In this document: one piece after another, positions 28,007 through 37,376 of the stretch
Position numbering within the stretch: the first letter of the stretch is position 1
Layout of the letters: the number at the start of each line of letters is the position of its first letter
From: an uncultured virus (IMG/VR IMGVR_UViG_3300032167_007731)
Lineage: Duplodnaviria > Heunggongvirae > Uroviricota > Caudoviricetes
Length of the DNA stretch: 64,000 nucleotides
Strand: one strand, 5' to 3'
Virus record (IMG/VR): IMGVR_UViG_3300032167_007731
Position numbers and translations under genes: made by a program
The notes under the pieces: generated by a model
Seen by the model: only the letters and a program-made list of their open reading frames with translations
What the model was told of the DNA's origin: nothing
Databases searched by the model: none

Positions 28007-29674
28007 TTACTTATATAAAATATATTGTAAATCTTTTATATCATTTAAATTATAATCTGTAAAGCCATACTTTGATTTATAAAAATCTGCTATATCACAT
28101 AAATCAGTTGTATGCAACACATAATCCTTATAATAGAAATTCAAATACTTCTTTACTATATTTAACCCTTTTCCTCTGACATTTTCCATAGTATAAATAC
28201 CAAAATGAACTTTATCTTTTTCTATATTTTCATATAAACAACCTATATGTTCTCCTTTTATTTTCAAAGGATAAAAAGAATTAGTATCTACAAAAGAGGG
28301 TGATACTTCTACAGTATGCTTATGGCAATCTAAAGAAATATCATTTGTATCATAATCAATATAAGGAACTGTATCAAATAATTCACTTATTTTTGACGCA
28401 CAAACATTAAAATTATTACCTAAAACAATTAAACCATGTTTCTTCAACTGAATAATATCCACAGAAGGATTTTTCTTAATTATAGATAATATAGACTTAC
28501 ACTCTAAATCACAACCACAAGGGTAACAATCTTCAACCAAAGGATAACCTAAAAACACCTTATTTGTATGAATATGAACTATACAACTATAATCACTATA
28601 TCTATAAATTTCTGAATGAATTGTACTATCTATCGATGGTTTCAACTCACTATGATAATTTACCTGTGAATAAACACTATCATTTTCATCAAATAAAACA
28701 TTTTCAATCCAACTTAAATCAGTTTCTTTCAAATCTGCCTTATTTACATTTCTACAAGTTATATAAAAACCTTTATCACGCTTACAAGACATATTACCAT
28801 AAGTTCCTATTTTATCTGGTCTATCATGATTTATAACTTTTGGTAAGAAATTTTCTTTATCTAACCACTTACCCATATCTCTAAAATCTTTATACATAGC
28901 CTCTGGTATATAAGGTTTATCACTTATTTTAACTGATTTTGGATGCTTAACACTATTTCTCTCAATACTCTTTTCTACTATTAATTCAGCAATATTTTCT
29001 TTACCCTCTACTACATCATAAGTCTTTTCAGGATAAATCAATAACCCCCTATGATTCCCCTGTCTTATAAGAGATATATCATTTGCTAAAACTAAATTAC
29101 AACGATTTTTTCTTAACAAATTAAAACCTACATCAAATAATTCTTCTTCTGAAACCTTATCTAATAACTTAAAACCTACCAAAAATGTATAAGGTGATAA
29201 CTTTTTAACTAACTCTATAATTTTAGGTGTTTTCGTTAATACAACAGCAGGTTCTTCCATATCAGAAGATATTTTACTATTATTTAATATTCTACATTCT
29301 TCAATATAATTTTCTAAATTTTTAACATATACATTCTGAACTAAATCCTGTAACTTACCAAAATCTATTACATAAGAAGTAGTATAATCTGCAACTGCCA
29401 TAGAATGAACAAAAATATCAACTTTTTTACTTGTCAATATTTCTGAAATACTATCTTGCAAATCTCTTGTATCTTTTACCCAAATATTTTCTACTCTATC
29501 ATCCTCATAAGACTGTGCATCTCCACCATATACATAAATAATTTCACAATCTACTTCACTCTCTAAAAACTTATCAACAATAAGATGACCTAATTTTCCT
29601 GTGGAACTATTTGTTATACTACGCACATTATCTATTTTCTCACGAACACCACCTGCAGTTACAACTACTAACAT
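28007..29674 (-). CDS. Fusion of phosphopantothenate-cysteine ligase (CoaB-like), class II aldolase/adducin domain and GNAT-like domain
   Basis: VTAGGVREKIDNVRSITNSSTGKLG, HSMAVADY, TPKII, LVGFKL, LANDI (CoaB); GNMS...PSIDSTIH...IVHIH...KKHG (aldolase II Zn ligands); VRGKGL...FYKSKYGF (GNAT-like, weaker). Confidence 0.8.
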   Translation of the reverse strand: MLVVVTAGGVREKIDNVRSITNSSTGKLGHLIVDKFLESEVDCEIIYVYGGDAQSYEDDRVENIWVKDTRDLQDSISEILTSKKVDIFVHSMAVADYTTSYVIDFGKLQDLVQNVYVKNLENYIEECRILNNSKISSDMEEPAVVLTKTPKIIELVKKLSPYTFLVGFKLLDKVSEEELFDVGFNLLRKNRCNLVLANDISLIRQGNHRGLLIYPEKTYDVVEGKENIAELIVEKSIERNSVKHPKSVKISDKPYIPEAMYKDFRDMGKWLDKENFLPKVINHDRPDKIGTYGNMSCKRDKGFYITCRNVNKADLKETDLSWIENVLFDENDSVYSQVNYHSELKPSIDSTIHSEIYRYSDYSCIVHIHTNKVFLGYPLVEDCYPCGCDLECKSILSIIKKNPSVDIIQLKKHGLIVLGNNFNVCASKISELFDTVPYIDYDTNDISLDCHKHTVEVSPSFVDTNSFYPLKIKGEHIGCLYENIEKDKVHFGIYTMENVRGKGLNIVKKYLNFYYKDYVLHTTDLCDIADFYKSKYGFTDYNLNDIKDLQYILYK

Positions 29675-29689
29675 ATACACACCTCATCC

Positions 29690-29965
29690 TCAAACTAATA
29701 TCTCTGAACCTAAAATTTTATCTATTTCTTCTTTTGCATATTTTGTAACTTCTTGAACTTTAACAATACCATACTTTGTTTCTAAAGTATCTTTATCAAA
29801 AACAAAAGTTACTTCCTCTGAAACAGAATAAACTTTATCACCAATATATAAATGGTCATCCTCACTTGGTCTTGTCTCTAATTCAACAATACCTACAACT
29901 TCCTTAAACTCTTGACTTAAAGACAAGCCATCATATTCAGCAACTACATACTTCATTTTCTTCAC
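29690..29965 (-). CDS. Small hypothetical protein
   Basis: ORF in operon. Confidence 0.65.
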   Translation of the reverse strand: MKKMKYVVAEYDGLSLSQEFKEVVGIVELETRPSEDDHLYIGDKVYSVSEEVTFVFDKDTLETKYGIVKVQEVTKYAKEEIDKILGSEILV

Positions 29966-30344
29966 CTAACCCAATTATATTTTTCATTTTTCTATTTACA
30001 CAATATATACCTATTAAACCAATTATCAATATTATACCAAATATCAATACAAATATATATAAAGGTATATTATTTATAAAAGGTGCAGTATAAAATAGTT
30101 TCAAAATATCTAATAATTGAATAAACCCTATTTCAGTTACCATCAAATTCATCAACCAACCTACTAAAAAGACAAAAGGTATTAATACACAAGTTGCCAT
30201 CATTACAAACATACCAATATATGCAACTATTTCAAATAAAGTTTTAATCACTTTATACTTAAAATCAACCAATTTATCTTTACAATAAAAACAATTTTCT
30301 AATTCTTCTGGCATTGATTTATTACAATGTATACAATATTTCAT
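29937..30344 (-). CDS. Zinc-ribbon plus two-TM membrane protein
   Basis: MKYCIHC...NCFYC followed by two hydrophobic helices. Confidence 0.75.
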   Translation of the reverse strand: MKYCIHCNKSMPEELENCFYCKDKLVDFKYKVIKTLFEIVAYIGMFVMMATCVLIPFVFLVGWLMNLMVTEIGFIQLLDILKLFYTAPFINNIPLYIFVLIFGIILIIGLIGIYCVNRKMKNIIGLGEENEVCSC

Positions 30345-30391
30345 AAATCTTCACACTACTTTCTACATATCTAAAGTTCATACCTTATAAT

Positions 30392-30420
30392 ATTATAACA
30401 CAGATATACCTACTTGTCAA
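30392..30420 (-). promoter_or_regulatory. Consensus sigmaA promoter (extended -10)
   Basis: Minus: TTGACA-agtaggtatatctgtgt (17)-TATAAT. Confidence 0.9.
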
Positions 30421-30430
30421 TATATACACA

Positions 30431-31393
30431 CTATTTAACTACCTTATTTCCAAGACTTAACACTATATTATGAATACCATAACCACTCTTTTTTACCAAA
30501 TAATTTATTCTCTCTATAATACCTATATTTGTATCTGGTACAGTTATATAAACTTTACCACTCTTTGTTTCAAATTCTATATTTGTTGAGTTTATAGGCT
30601 TACAAGAAAATTTAGTATTTGCAATCTTTCCATTCTCTTGTATATCCTCTTGTAATGCCAGACTATATAATAAATCAGGCTTTAATTTATTAACTTCACT
30701 TATTAAATGTTTATATAACTTACGAAAGTTCTTTATACCTTTTACTAATCTACCCTTTAACCATACACTATCTATATCAACTTCTTGACTTTGTGATTTA
30801 AAATAATTAAATACGTTTTCAATTACATCTATTCTATAAGGTGTATATAATTCATATACTTCTTCAGAAGTTATAATATCAGTATTTACTTTTCTATTTA
30901 CATTTTCTTTACTATACTCTAATAATTTCAATCTTTCACAATCTTCTGAAATACTTAATTTAATTGTGAAAAAAGGTTCACAATCTATCTTACCACATTC
31001 TAAAGTATCAGTATAAAATAAATACAAATCACCATCAGTCAAACAACCTATCAACTCTTTTTGGTTATAATCATACATTTTCTGCACAGCATTGAAGTAT
31101 CTCTCTAATTGACTATATTTCTCAAACAAATCAACACCTAAACTTTTTGCTTCTATCAACAATTTTGGCTTATTATTCAATAATACACAATAATCTAATT
31201 TATCATATCTATTTACACGCTCTTCATTATCTAAACTAAATTCTACTTGAATATCACTTCTATTATAACCTAAACCATCTAGTAATAAAGTATCTATCAA
31301 AAGCCATCTTGTCTGTGCCTCATTACCCTCTAAAATAGAACGACAAACATTTGATGTTTGAACAATTCTATCTATCAATTCTATAAAATTCAA
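30431..31393 (-). CDS. Stand-alone type I restriction enzyme R N-terminal (HSDR_N) PD-(D/E)xK nuclease domain protein
   Basis: NEAQTRWLLID...LGY...VEF...LDY...LIEAK...QLERY...LTDG; no helicase domain; TTG start with AAAGGAGG. Confidence 0.85.
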   Translation of the reverse strand: MNFIELIDRIVQTSNVCRSILEGNEAQTRWLLIDTLLLDGLGYNRSDIQVEFSLDNEERVNRYDKLDYCVLLNNKPKLLIEAKSLGVDLFEKYSQLERYFNAVQKMYDYNQKELIGCLTDGDLYLFYTDTLECGKIDCEPFFTIKLSISEDCERLKLLEYSKENVNRKVNTDIITSEEVYELYTPYRIDVIENVFNYFKSQSQEVDIDSVWLKGRLVKGIKNFRKLYKHLISEVNKLKPDLLYSLALQEDIQENGKIANTKFSCKPINSTNIEFETKSGKVYITVPDTNIGIIERINYLVKKSGYGIHNIVLSLGNKVVK

Positions 31394-31413
31394 ATGTTTG
31401 TCGCCTCCTTTTA

Positions 31414-34011
31414 TTACTCTACCATACCTATTAAATCAAATAACATCTTATATGCTATTGTAGGTGTTAATGAAGATTTATCAATAGATTTCAACTTCTT
31501 AACTACATCTATTTCTTCTGATTCTTCAATAGCCTTTTCAAAAACATTATCTGTTTCTATCTTCTCTAAAACATCCCAAGCTCTATCAATAACTTTATTA
31601 GGTAAACCTGCCAACTTAGCAACATCTATACCATAACTTTCTGATAACCCACCCTCTTTAACTTCTCTGTTAAATACAAGATTATCATTTTCATCTTTAC
31701 TTACAGATAAATGGTAATTCCTCAAACCATCCAATCTTTCTTCAAGTGAAATCAATTCATGATAATGAGTTGCAAACATTGTTTTACAACCTATTTCATT
31801 ATGAATATGCTCTGTTATAGCATTTGCAATAGCCAGACCATCTGAAGTACTTGTTCCCCTACCTACTTCATCTAATAAAACTAATGACTTATTAGTTGCA
31901 TTATCTAAAATATTCTTTACTTCTGTCATTTCAACCATATATGTACTTCTACCAGAACTAATATCATCACTCGCACCTATACGAGTAAATACCTTATCCA
32001 CAATACATATATTTGCATAATTCGCAGGAACAAAACTACCTATATGAGCCATTACAGTTATTAAAGCAACTTGACGCATATATGTACTCTTACCTGCCAT
32101 ATTTGGTCCTGTTAATAAAACAAATCTATTTTTTGTCTTATCTAAATAAACATTGTTTGATACAAAATTTTCATTTGACATTTTTTCTACAATTGGATGT
32201 CTACCACCCTCAATAGATATTGTATCATCCATATTTATAATAGGTCTTACATATCCATTATCTACTGCAACTCTCGCCAAGCTGCAAATAACATCAAATG
32301 TAGATATAACAGTACACAATAAAGTTATATTATGTAAATCATCAAGAATTAACTTTTTTAATTCTTCATACAATTCTATTTCTATGGATTTACTTCTTTC
32401 CTCTGCTGAATATAACTCCTTTTCTAATCTTTCAGAATCATCAGTCACATACCTAACACAATTCTTTAATGTCTTCTCTATTCTAAAATAAGATGGAACT
32501 TTTGATAACTGACTATTAAGAACTTCAAAAGTACACTTACCATTCTTATTTACCATTTTTAAATTCTTAATACCTGTTTTTTCTCTTTCTACTTCTTCTA
32601 ATTCCATCAAATATCTATTTGAATTTTCTATCATATCACGAGATTTATCTAACTCACTATTATAACCTGACTTTAACACTAAACCCTCTCTAATATCACT
32701 AACAGGGTCATCTAACAAAGAAGAGTCTAACAAGAATGTTAATGCCTGAAAATCACCCATATCTCTATTTAAATTTACAAACAAATCACTATTAAATACA
32801 GAAAGATACTGCTGTATTCTTGGTATAAGATGTAATGAACTTCTTAAATTTACTAAGTCTTTAGGTATTGCCCTATTCAATTTTAACTTACCCATTATTC
32901 TAGATATATCTAAAATACCTGTCATACTATCCTGAATTTCAGATAATTTATCACTATCTACAACTAATTCTGAAATGGCATCTAACCTATTCTCTATTTT
33001 TCCTTTTTGTAATAATGGTTTATCTATCCATTGTTTCAACAAACGACTACCCATTCTTGTCTTACATCTATCAAGTACAGCTAAAAGAGTTCCTTTTCTT
33101 CCCTTATCAACTATATTCTCACACAATTCTAAATTATTCTTTGAGTCCATATCTATTGACATATAATATTCATTTGTATAAAAATGTGGTAAACTACCAA
33201 AATTTATTTCCATTTTTTGTGTATATTCTACATACTTTAACAATATATACAAACTCTTTATCTCTGTAATTGTATGATAATCTAACTTCTTCCAATCATC
33301 TAAAGAAAATGACTTCTCAATAGGTGATATAAAATCAGAAATCTCAAATAAACTATCATCTATTGTAATCATAACTTTTAACTTAAGTTTTGTTTCAATA
33401 GAATTACCTAACAACATTTCCATTTCTTTAGTCATTACTATTTCACTAGGCTTATACCTTGATACCTCATTTAATATTGCACCTATACTATCCACAGTTG
33501 TTAAATAAATATCACCTGTCAATATATCTGCAAAACATAACCCAAACTCATTACCCTCACGATAAATAGTACATAAGAAATTATTAGCATACTCAATTAA
33601 ATGTTCATCTGAAATATCTACAGAAGACATTATTTTTATTACACCTCTTTTTAAATTTCTACCTACTACTTCTTTTGGATTCTCTAACTGTTCTACAACA
33701 ACAACACGATAACCCGCATTTATCATCATATCAGCATAAGTACTTAATGCTTTCCAAGGAGTACCAGCCATAGGAATTCTCATACAATTCTCATCAGACT
33801 TCTTACTACCATCACCCATCTTCTTTGAAGTAAGAGTAAGACCACAAATCTGACTATATAAAACAGCATCTTCAAAATATGCCTCATAAAAATCTCCAAC
33901 TCTAAATAAAATCAAATCATTAGGAAACTTATCTTTCTGCTCCGCATACTCTATCATCATACTTGACAATTTACTTCTATCTACATTTTTTGTAGTTATT
34001 AATTCTTTCAT
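31414..34011 (-). CDS. mutS: DNA mismatch repair protein MutS (MutS1 type)
   Basis: FRVGDFYEAYFEDA (Phe-X-Glu), IPMAG, GPNMAGKSTYMRQ, STYMVEM, DEVGRGTST, ATHYHEL, SYGIDVAKLAGLP; ATG 34011 behind GAGGTG. Confidence 0.97.
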   Translation of the reverse strand: MKELITTKNVDRSKLSSMMIEYAEQKDKFPNDLILFRVGDFYEAYFEDAVLYSQICGLTLTSKKMGDGSKKSDENCMRIPMAGTPWKALSTYADMMINAGYRVVVVEQLENPKEVVGRNLKRGVIKIMSSVDISDEHLIEYANNFLCTIYREGNEFGLCFADILTGDIYLTTVDSIGAILNEVSRYKPSEIVMTKEMEMLLGNSIETKLKLKVMITIDDSLFEISDFISPIEKSFSLDDWKKLDYHTITEIKSLYILLKYVEYTQKMEINFGSLPHFYTNEYYMSIDMDSKNNLELCENIVDKGRKGTLLAVLDRCKTRMGSRLLKQWIDKPLLQKGKIENRLDAISELVVDSDKLSEIQDSMTGILDISRIMGKLKLNRAIPKDLVNLRSSLHLIPRIQQYLSVFNSDLFVNLNRDMGDFQALTFLLDSSLLDDPVSDIREGLVLKSGYNSELDKSRDMIENSNRYLMELEEVEREKTGIKNLKMVNKNGKCTFEVLNSQLSKVPSYFRIEKTLKNCVRYVTDDSERLEKELYSAEERSKSIEIELYEELKKLILDDLHNITLLCTVISTFDVICSLARVAVDNGYVRPIINMDDTISIEGGRHPIVEKMSNENFVSNNVYLDKTKNRFVLLTGPNMAGKSTYMRQVALITVMAHIGSFVPANYANICIVDKVFTRIGASDDISSGRSTYMVEMTEVKNILDNATNKSLVLLDEVGRGTSTSDGLAIANAITEHIHNEIGCKTMFATHYHELISLEERLDGLRNYHLSVSKDENDNLVFNREVKEGGLSESYGIDVAKLAGLPNKVIDRAWDVLEKIETDNVFEKAIEESEEIDVVKKLKSIDKSSLTPTIAYKMLFDLIGMVE

Positions 34012-34265
34012 AAAAAGTCCACACCTCAAAACTATATAATAATACTCATATATTTTACCATAAAAATTATTATTTTGCAATAACCATGACAAAATATTTT
34101 TATATTTTACCTAAAAATTTTCACCTTTTTAAAGTTATATAATTGTGTCATTATAAAATTATCAACTATTTTATTTTTATAATAAAAAATATAAAAATAT
34201 TTAACTTATATAATAAAAATACTGTGATTTTACAGTATTTTTTATTTTAAAAAGTACAAGCATAT

Positions 34266-34302
34266 TAAAAAGTTGATTTCTCAATGAAAAACCAACTTTT
34301 TA
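34266..34302 (-). terminator. Intrinsic terminator-like hairpin
   Basis: TAAAAAGTTG...CAACTTTTTA after CDS 34333..34917. Confidence 0.65.
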
Positions 34303-34332
34303 TAAAATTCATATTAATTTTTCTAAATTTTA

Positions 34333-34917
34333 TTATTTCATTCTACCATCTGCTCTAAATTCCCAACCTAAATTCTTTAAGAAACCTACCAGTCTATTAT
34401 CTTTCTTTAATACATCAATATTAGTTTCTTCAGGCATAAATTGAGCAACTGATTCCATTCTAACTGCAGCTAATTTTGCTTTCTTCAATCTCTCAATAAA
34501 TGGGTCAGATTCTATCCATAATTGACCTGATTTATGTTCTATCTTTATTGCAGTTATATATTTACCATACCAATCACATATAACCCATCTCTCTGTTAAA
34601 TGATAATAAGCATCTGTTAATTCTGCCTTTTTATACAATTTATTTATTAAATACAAATCACCATTTGGCCTTACTTCTACCTTTGTACCACGAATACCAT
34701 TATCTTTTCTTATCTTCTTTTGTTCATCATTATATGCCTTTTTATCTTCTTCCAAAACAAAATTACCATAAACTGTTAATGGTTTATGACATCTTGAACA
34801 ATGATGACCTTTCAAAGGGAGTAACCCTTGATTTACCAAATCCATTCTTTCTGAATTCTTTTCAACATATTTACCACAACAACGAGAATAATAAGTTCTA
34901 TCTGACATAAAAATCAC
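34333..34917 (-). CDS. Hypothetical protein with N-terminal Cys/His (possible Zn) motif
   Basis: SRCCG...HHCSRCH; true start probably MSDRTY. Confidence 0.7.
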   Translation of the reverse strand: MIFMSDRTYYSRCCGKYVEKNSERMDLVNQGLLPLKGHHCSRCHKPLTVYGNFVLEEDKKAYNDEQKKIRKDNGIRGTKVEVRPNGDLYLINKLYKKAELTDAYYHLTERWVICDWYGKYITAIKIEHKSGQLWIESDPFIERLKKAKLAAVRMESVAQFMPEETNIDVLKKDNRLVGFLKNLGWEFRADGRMK

Positions 34918-34920
34918 TCC

Positions 34921-35802
34921 TTATTTACTTTCTATATCTTTACTTAATTCCTTAAACACTTCAGATTCCATTAAATCCAAATGTATTTTTCTTTCATCCC
35001 CATCTTTATAATACCAATTAAAATACTTTGTCATTCTTTCAACAGCAGGCTTAATAGACTTCTCTTTCAAACAAGCAAAAGGTATATATAAAGTTCCCTC
35101 TTTTTTATAACCCCTCTTATCTTTATAATCACTTACTGTAATATAAAACTCAAAGGGTTTATCTAAATGATACAATCTAATATCGTATTTATTAAAATAC
35201 TTTTTCATATAAGGATAATCATATAACATACAATCTTTCAAAAAGTTAGCCTCTTTTAATTGATATTTGTCAGGAACAATATATCTATGACCTTTTCTTT
35301 GAATTCTATAATCTGGTCCAGAAGGATTATGTACTACTTGTTCTGTTGAACATTCTCCTAAACAAGGATAACCTTGTCTTAAATAAAAGTCATCCATACA
35401 ATCATAGGCATCTTCTTTTGTAGTAAAATCATTAGGTCCTACATTAGTCAAAGCTTTTCTTATTGCATTTTCTGTAAAAAACTTTTTATAATTATCAAAA
35501 TTTCTTATAAATCTACCTTTTGCATACATATCTGGTTCATATTTATTTTGAATAAAGCCCAATCTAATCCTTATAATACCTTTTACTTTCTTACCAAAAC
35601 CATCTAACTCATCAGTATATTTTAAATTTGCCAACTTACGAGTATCTTCCCAAACACTTACTGTTTCTTTCATATGATTCATTACTTGATTTAAGCATTC
35701 AGGATTTGCCCTTATTTTTTCATAAGAAAATAAATTATGCTTACCCATTACTATTTCTTCAACAAATAACAAAAACTTCTCACTTTTAAGCATAATTATC
35801 AA
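34921..35802 (-). CDS. Hypothetical protein
   Basis: ~290-aa ORF in operon. Confidence 0.72.
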   Translation of the reverse strand: MIIMLKSEKFLLFVEEIVMGKHNLFSYEKIRANPECLNQVMNHMKETVSVWEDTRKLANLKYTDELDGFGKKVKGIIRIRLGFIQNKYEPDMYAKGRFIRNFDNYKKFFTENAIRKALTNVGPNDFTTKEDAYDCMDDFYLRQGYPCLGECSTEQVVHNPSGPDYRIQRKGHRYIVPDKYQLKEANFLKDCMLYDYPYMKKYFNKYDIRLYHLDKPFEFYITVSDYKDKRGYKKEGTLYIPFACLKEKSIKPAVERMTKYFNWYYKDGDERKIHLDLMESEVFKELSKDIESK

Positions 35803-36098
35803 CCCCTATCTTTACATTCTCTATCCCAAATTTCTTGTGCTCTATTCTTCATATTTTTATGACTTATATTATGACTATGCTTATATCTATCACATAATCT
35901 CCAAGTCAAACTATCCATATCTACACAATAATCTAATCTTTTTCTCCTTTTTCTATCAGGAGTTAATTTCTCAAATAAACCATAATACTTTCTTCCATCC
36001 ACAGTACATTCATCAAACTCTACATCTGTTATACCATATTCTTTCAAACACTCATTATAACAATAACAAATCAACTTGAAAACATTATCTATTTTCAT
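35799..36098 (-). CDS. Small hypothetical protein
   Basis: 99-aa ORF with AAGGTG RBS. Confidence 0.68.
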   Translation of the reverse strand: MKIDNVFKLICYCYNECLKEYGITDVEFDECTVDGRKYYGLFEKLTPDRKRRKRLDYCVDMDSLTWRLCDRYKHSHNISHKNMKNRAQEIWDRECKDRG

Positions 36099-36104
36099 AG
36101 AATA

Positions 36105-36902
36105 TCACCTTTCTCTCACAATAATATTTTTTGCCAACTTTATCGCCATTTCTTTTGTTATTTCTTCATACCCTAACTTTATTTCATAAATACTCTTAAA
36201 CAACAATGCTGTTTGACTATTATTCATTTCCAAATCTGCTTGTTCTCTCATCTTTGAACGAAATGTAGGACTCTTAAAAGTCAATTCTATACTATTACAA
36301 CTATAATTACTATAAAATACAGAATTATAAGCAGGATTTTCTTTATCTATAACATACTTACCTATTAAATAACCATGAGTATTCTGTCTATACACAAAAT
36401 TACTATAAGTACATCCATTATTTAAATCTTTATTTGAAGCTAATTTTATCCTTTTTCTAATACTTAAAATGTAACTATTTCCCTTTTCACTACTCTCTAA
36501 TTTTATTACATAATGAAATCTATTACACAATAATTCAAATATTTCACTATTCAAATTATTCTTAAATATCTCTATAAACTCTTTAACTTCAACAGTATTA
36601 TTTAACTTATTTAATTTCTCTAAATTTGAAATATAATTACAATATATTTCTTTCTTACGCCTTGTTAAATTTTCAATTTGGCTATCTATCATTTTATTAC
36701 TCTTATAACTCTCACAAACTTTACCAAATTGCTCTCTTATTTCAGGTCTTAACCATACTGATTTATAAGGTGTCTCCTTTGGAATATAATTCTCATTACC
36801 CATCTCATTTATCACTAAATATTTTAAATATCCTACTTCACAAACAACACCAACACCATAACCCTCAAAGTTTCTTATATCACCAATATTCAGAATATCC
36901 AT
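36105..36902 (-). CDS. Hypothetical protein
   Basis: 265-aa ORF with GAGGTG RBS. Confidence 0.72.
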   Translation of the reverse strand: MDILNIGDIRNFEGYGVGVVCEVGYLKYLVINEMGNENYIPKETPYKSVWLRPEIREQFGKVCESYKSNKMIDSQIENLTRRKKEIYCNYISNLEKLNKLNNTVEVKEFIEIFKNNLNSEIFELLCNRFHYVIKLESSEKGNSYILSIRKRIKLASNKDLNNGCTYSNFVYRQNTHGYLIGKYVIDKENPAYNSVFYSNYSCNSIELTFKSPTFRSKMREQADLEMNNSQTALLFKSIYEIKLGYEEITKEMAIKLAKNIIVRER

Positions 36903-37028
36903 AAAAACACCTCATTTTAATATAAAACTTTAATATAAATTAAATATATCTGTCTTGTTTTATTGTATCATAAAAAATTATTTTTGTCCATAAGTATAAG
37001 TTAATTTTATCTATATTTCAATAAAAAT

Positions 37029-37064
37029 AAAAAAAGTGTTTATATCCACAAGACATAAACACTT
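37029..37064 (-). terminator. Intrinsic terminator after the glycyl-radical mini-gene
   Basis: Minus: AAGUGUUUAUGUCU-UGU-GGAUAUAAACACUU-UUUUU. Confidence 0.85.
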
Positions 37065-37079
37065 AATTTATAATAAAAA

Positions 37080-37229
37080 TTAATAAGCCTTTTGAGTATG
37101 TTTAACTCTATCCTTCAATTCAGCCTGTTTACTTGACCCCCATCTAGAAATATCGCCTGTCAAATAACCTGTGATGCGTCTTATACGCTCTATTTTCACA
37201 ATAGATTTCATTTCTTCACCCTTTTTCAT
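37080..37229 (-). CDS. 49-aa autonomous glycyl-radical domain of class III RNR (split NrdD C-terminus; not in ORF track)
   Basis: Translated by hand: MKKGEEMKSIVKIERIRRITGYLTGDISRWGSSKQAELKDRVKHTQKAY*; RRITGYL and ELKDRVKH match the NrdD C-terminus; GGAGGT RBS. Confidence 0.92.
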   Translation of the reverse strand: MKKGEEMKSIVKIERIRRITGYLTGDISRWGSSKQAELKDRVKHTQKAY

Positions 37230-37312
37230 ACTATTACCTCCTAAACAATTTATCTTAAAAATGAATACACTATAATATAATTTCTACAGTCATAAAAATA
37301 TCATTTTTGTAT

Positions 37313-37344
37313 GGTGTTCATGCTTCAAAAAAAGCATGAACACC
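37313..37344. other. Strong stem-loop between nrdD and the glycyl-radical mini-gene
   Basis: GGTGTTCATGCTT-caaaaa-AAGCATGAACACC; no U-tract on the minus strand. Confidence 0.75.
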
Positions 37345-37376
37345 TATACTTTTTTCTAAACTATTTAAAATCAAAA

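Noticed and set aside
12769..31393. Methyltransferase plus HsdR-N protein as a restriction-modification system
   Set aside because: They are about 17 kb apart in different operons; no HsdM/HsdS or helicase domain is present.
37230..37376. nrdD as a pseudogene, frameshift or intron-split gene
   Set aside because: The downstream piece has its own strong RBS, ATG and terminator; the gap is short and AT-rich with no group I/II intron features; the catalytic motifs are intact.
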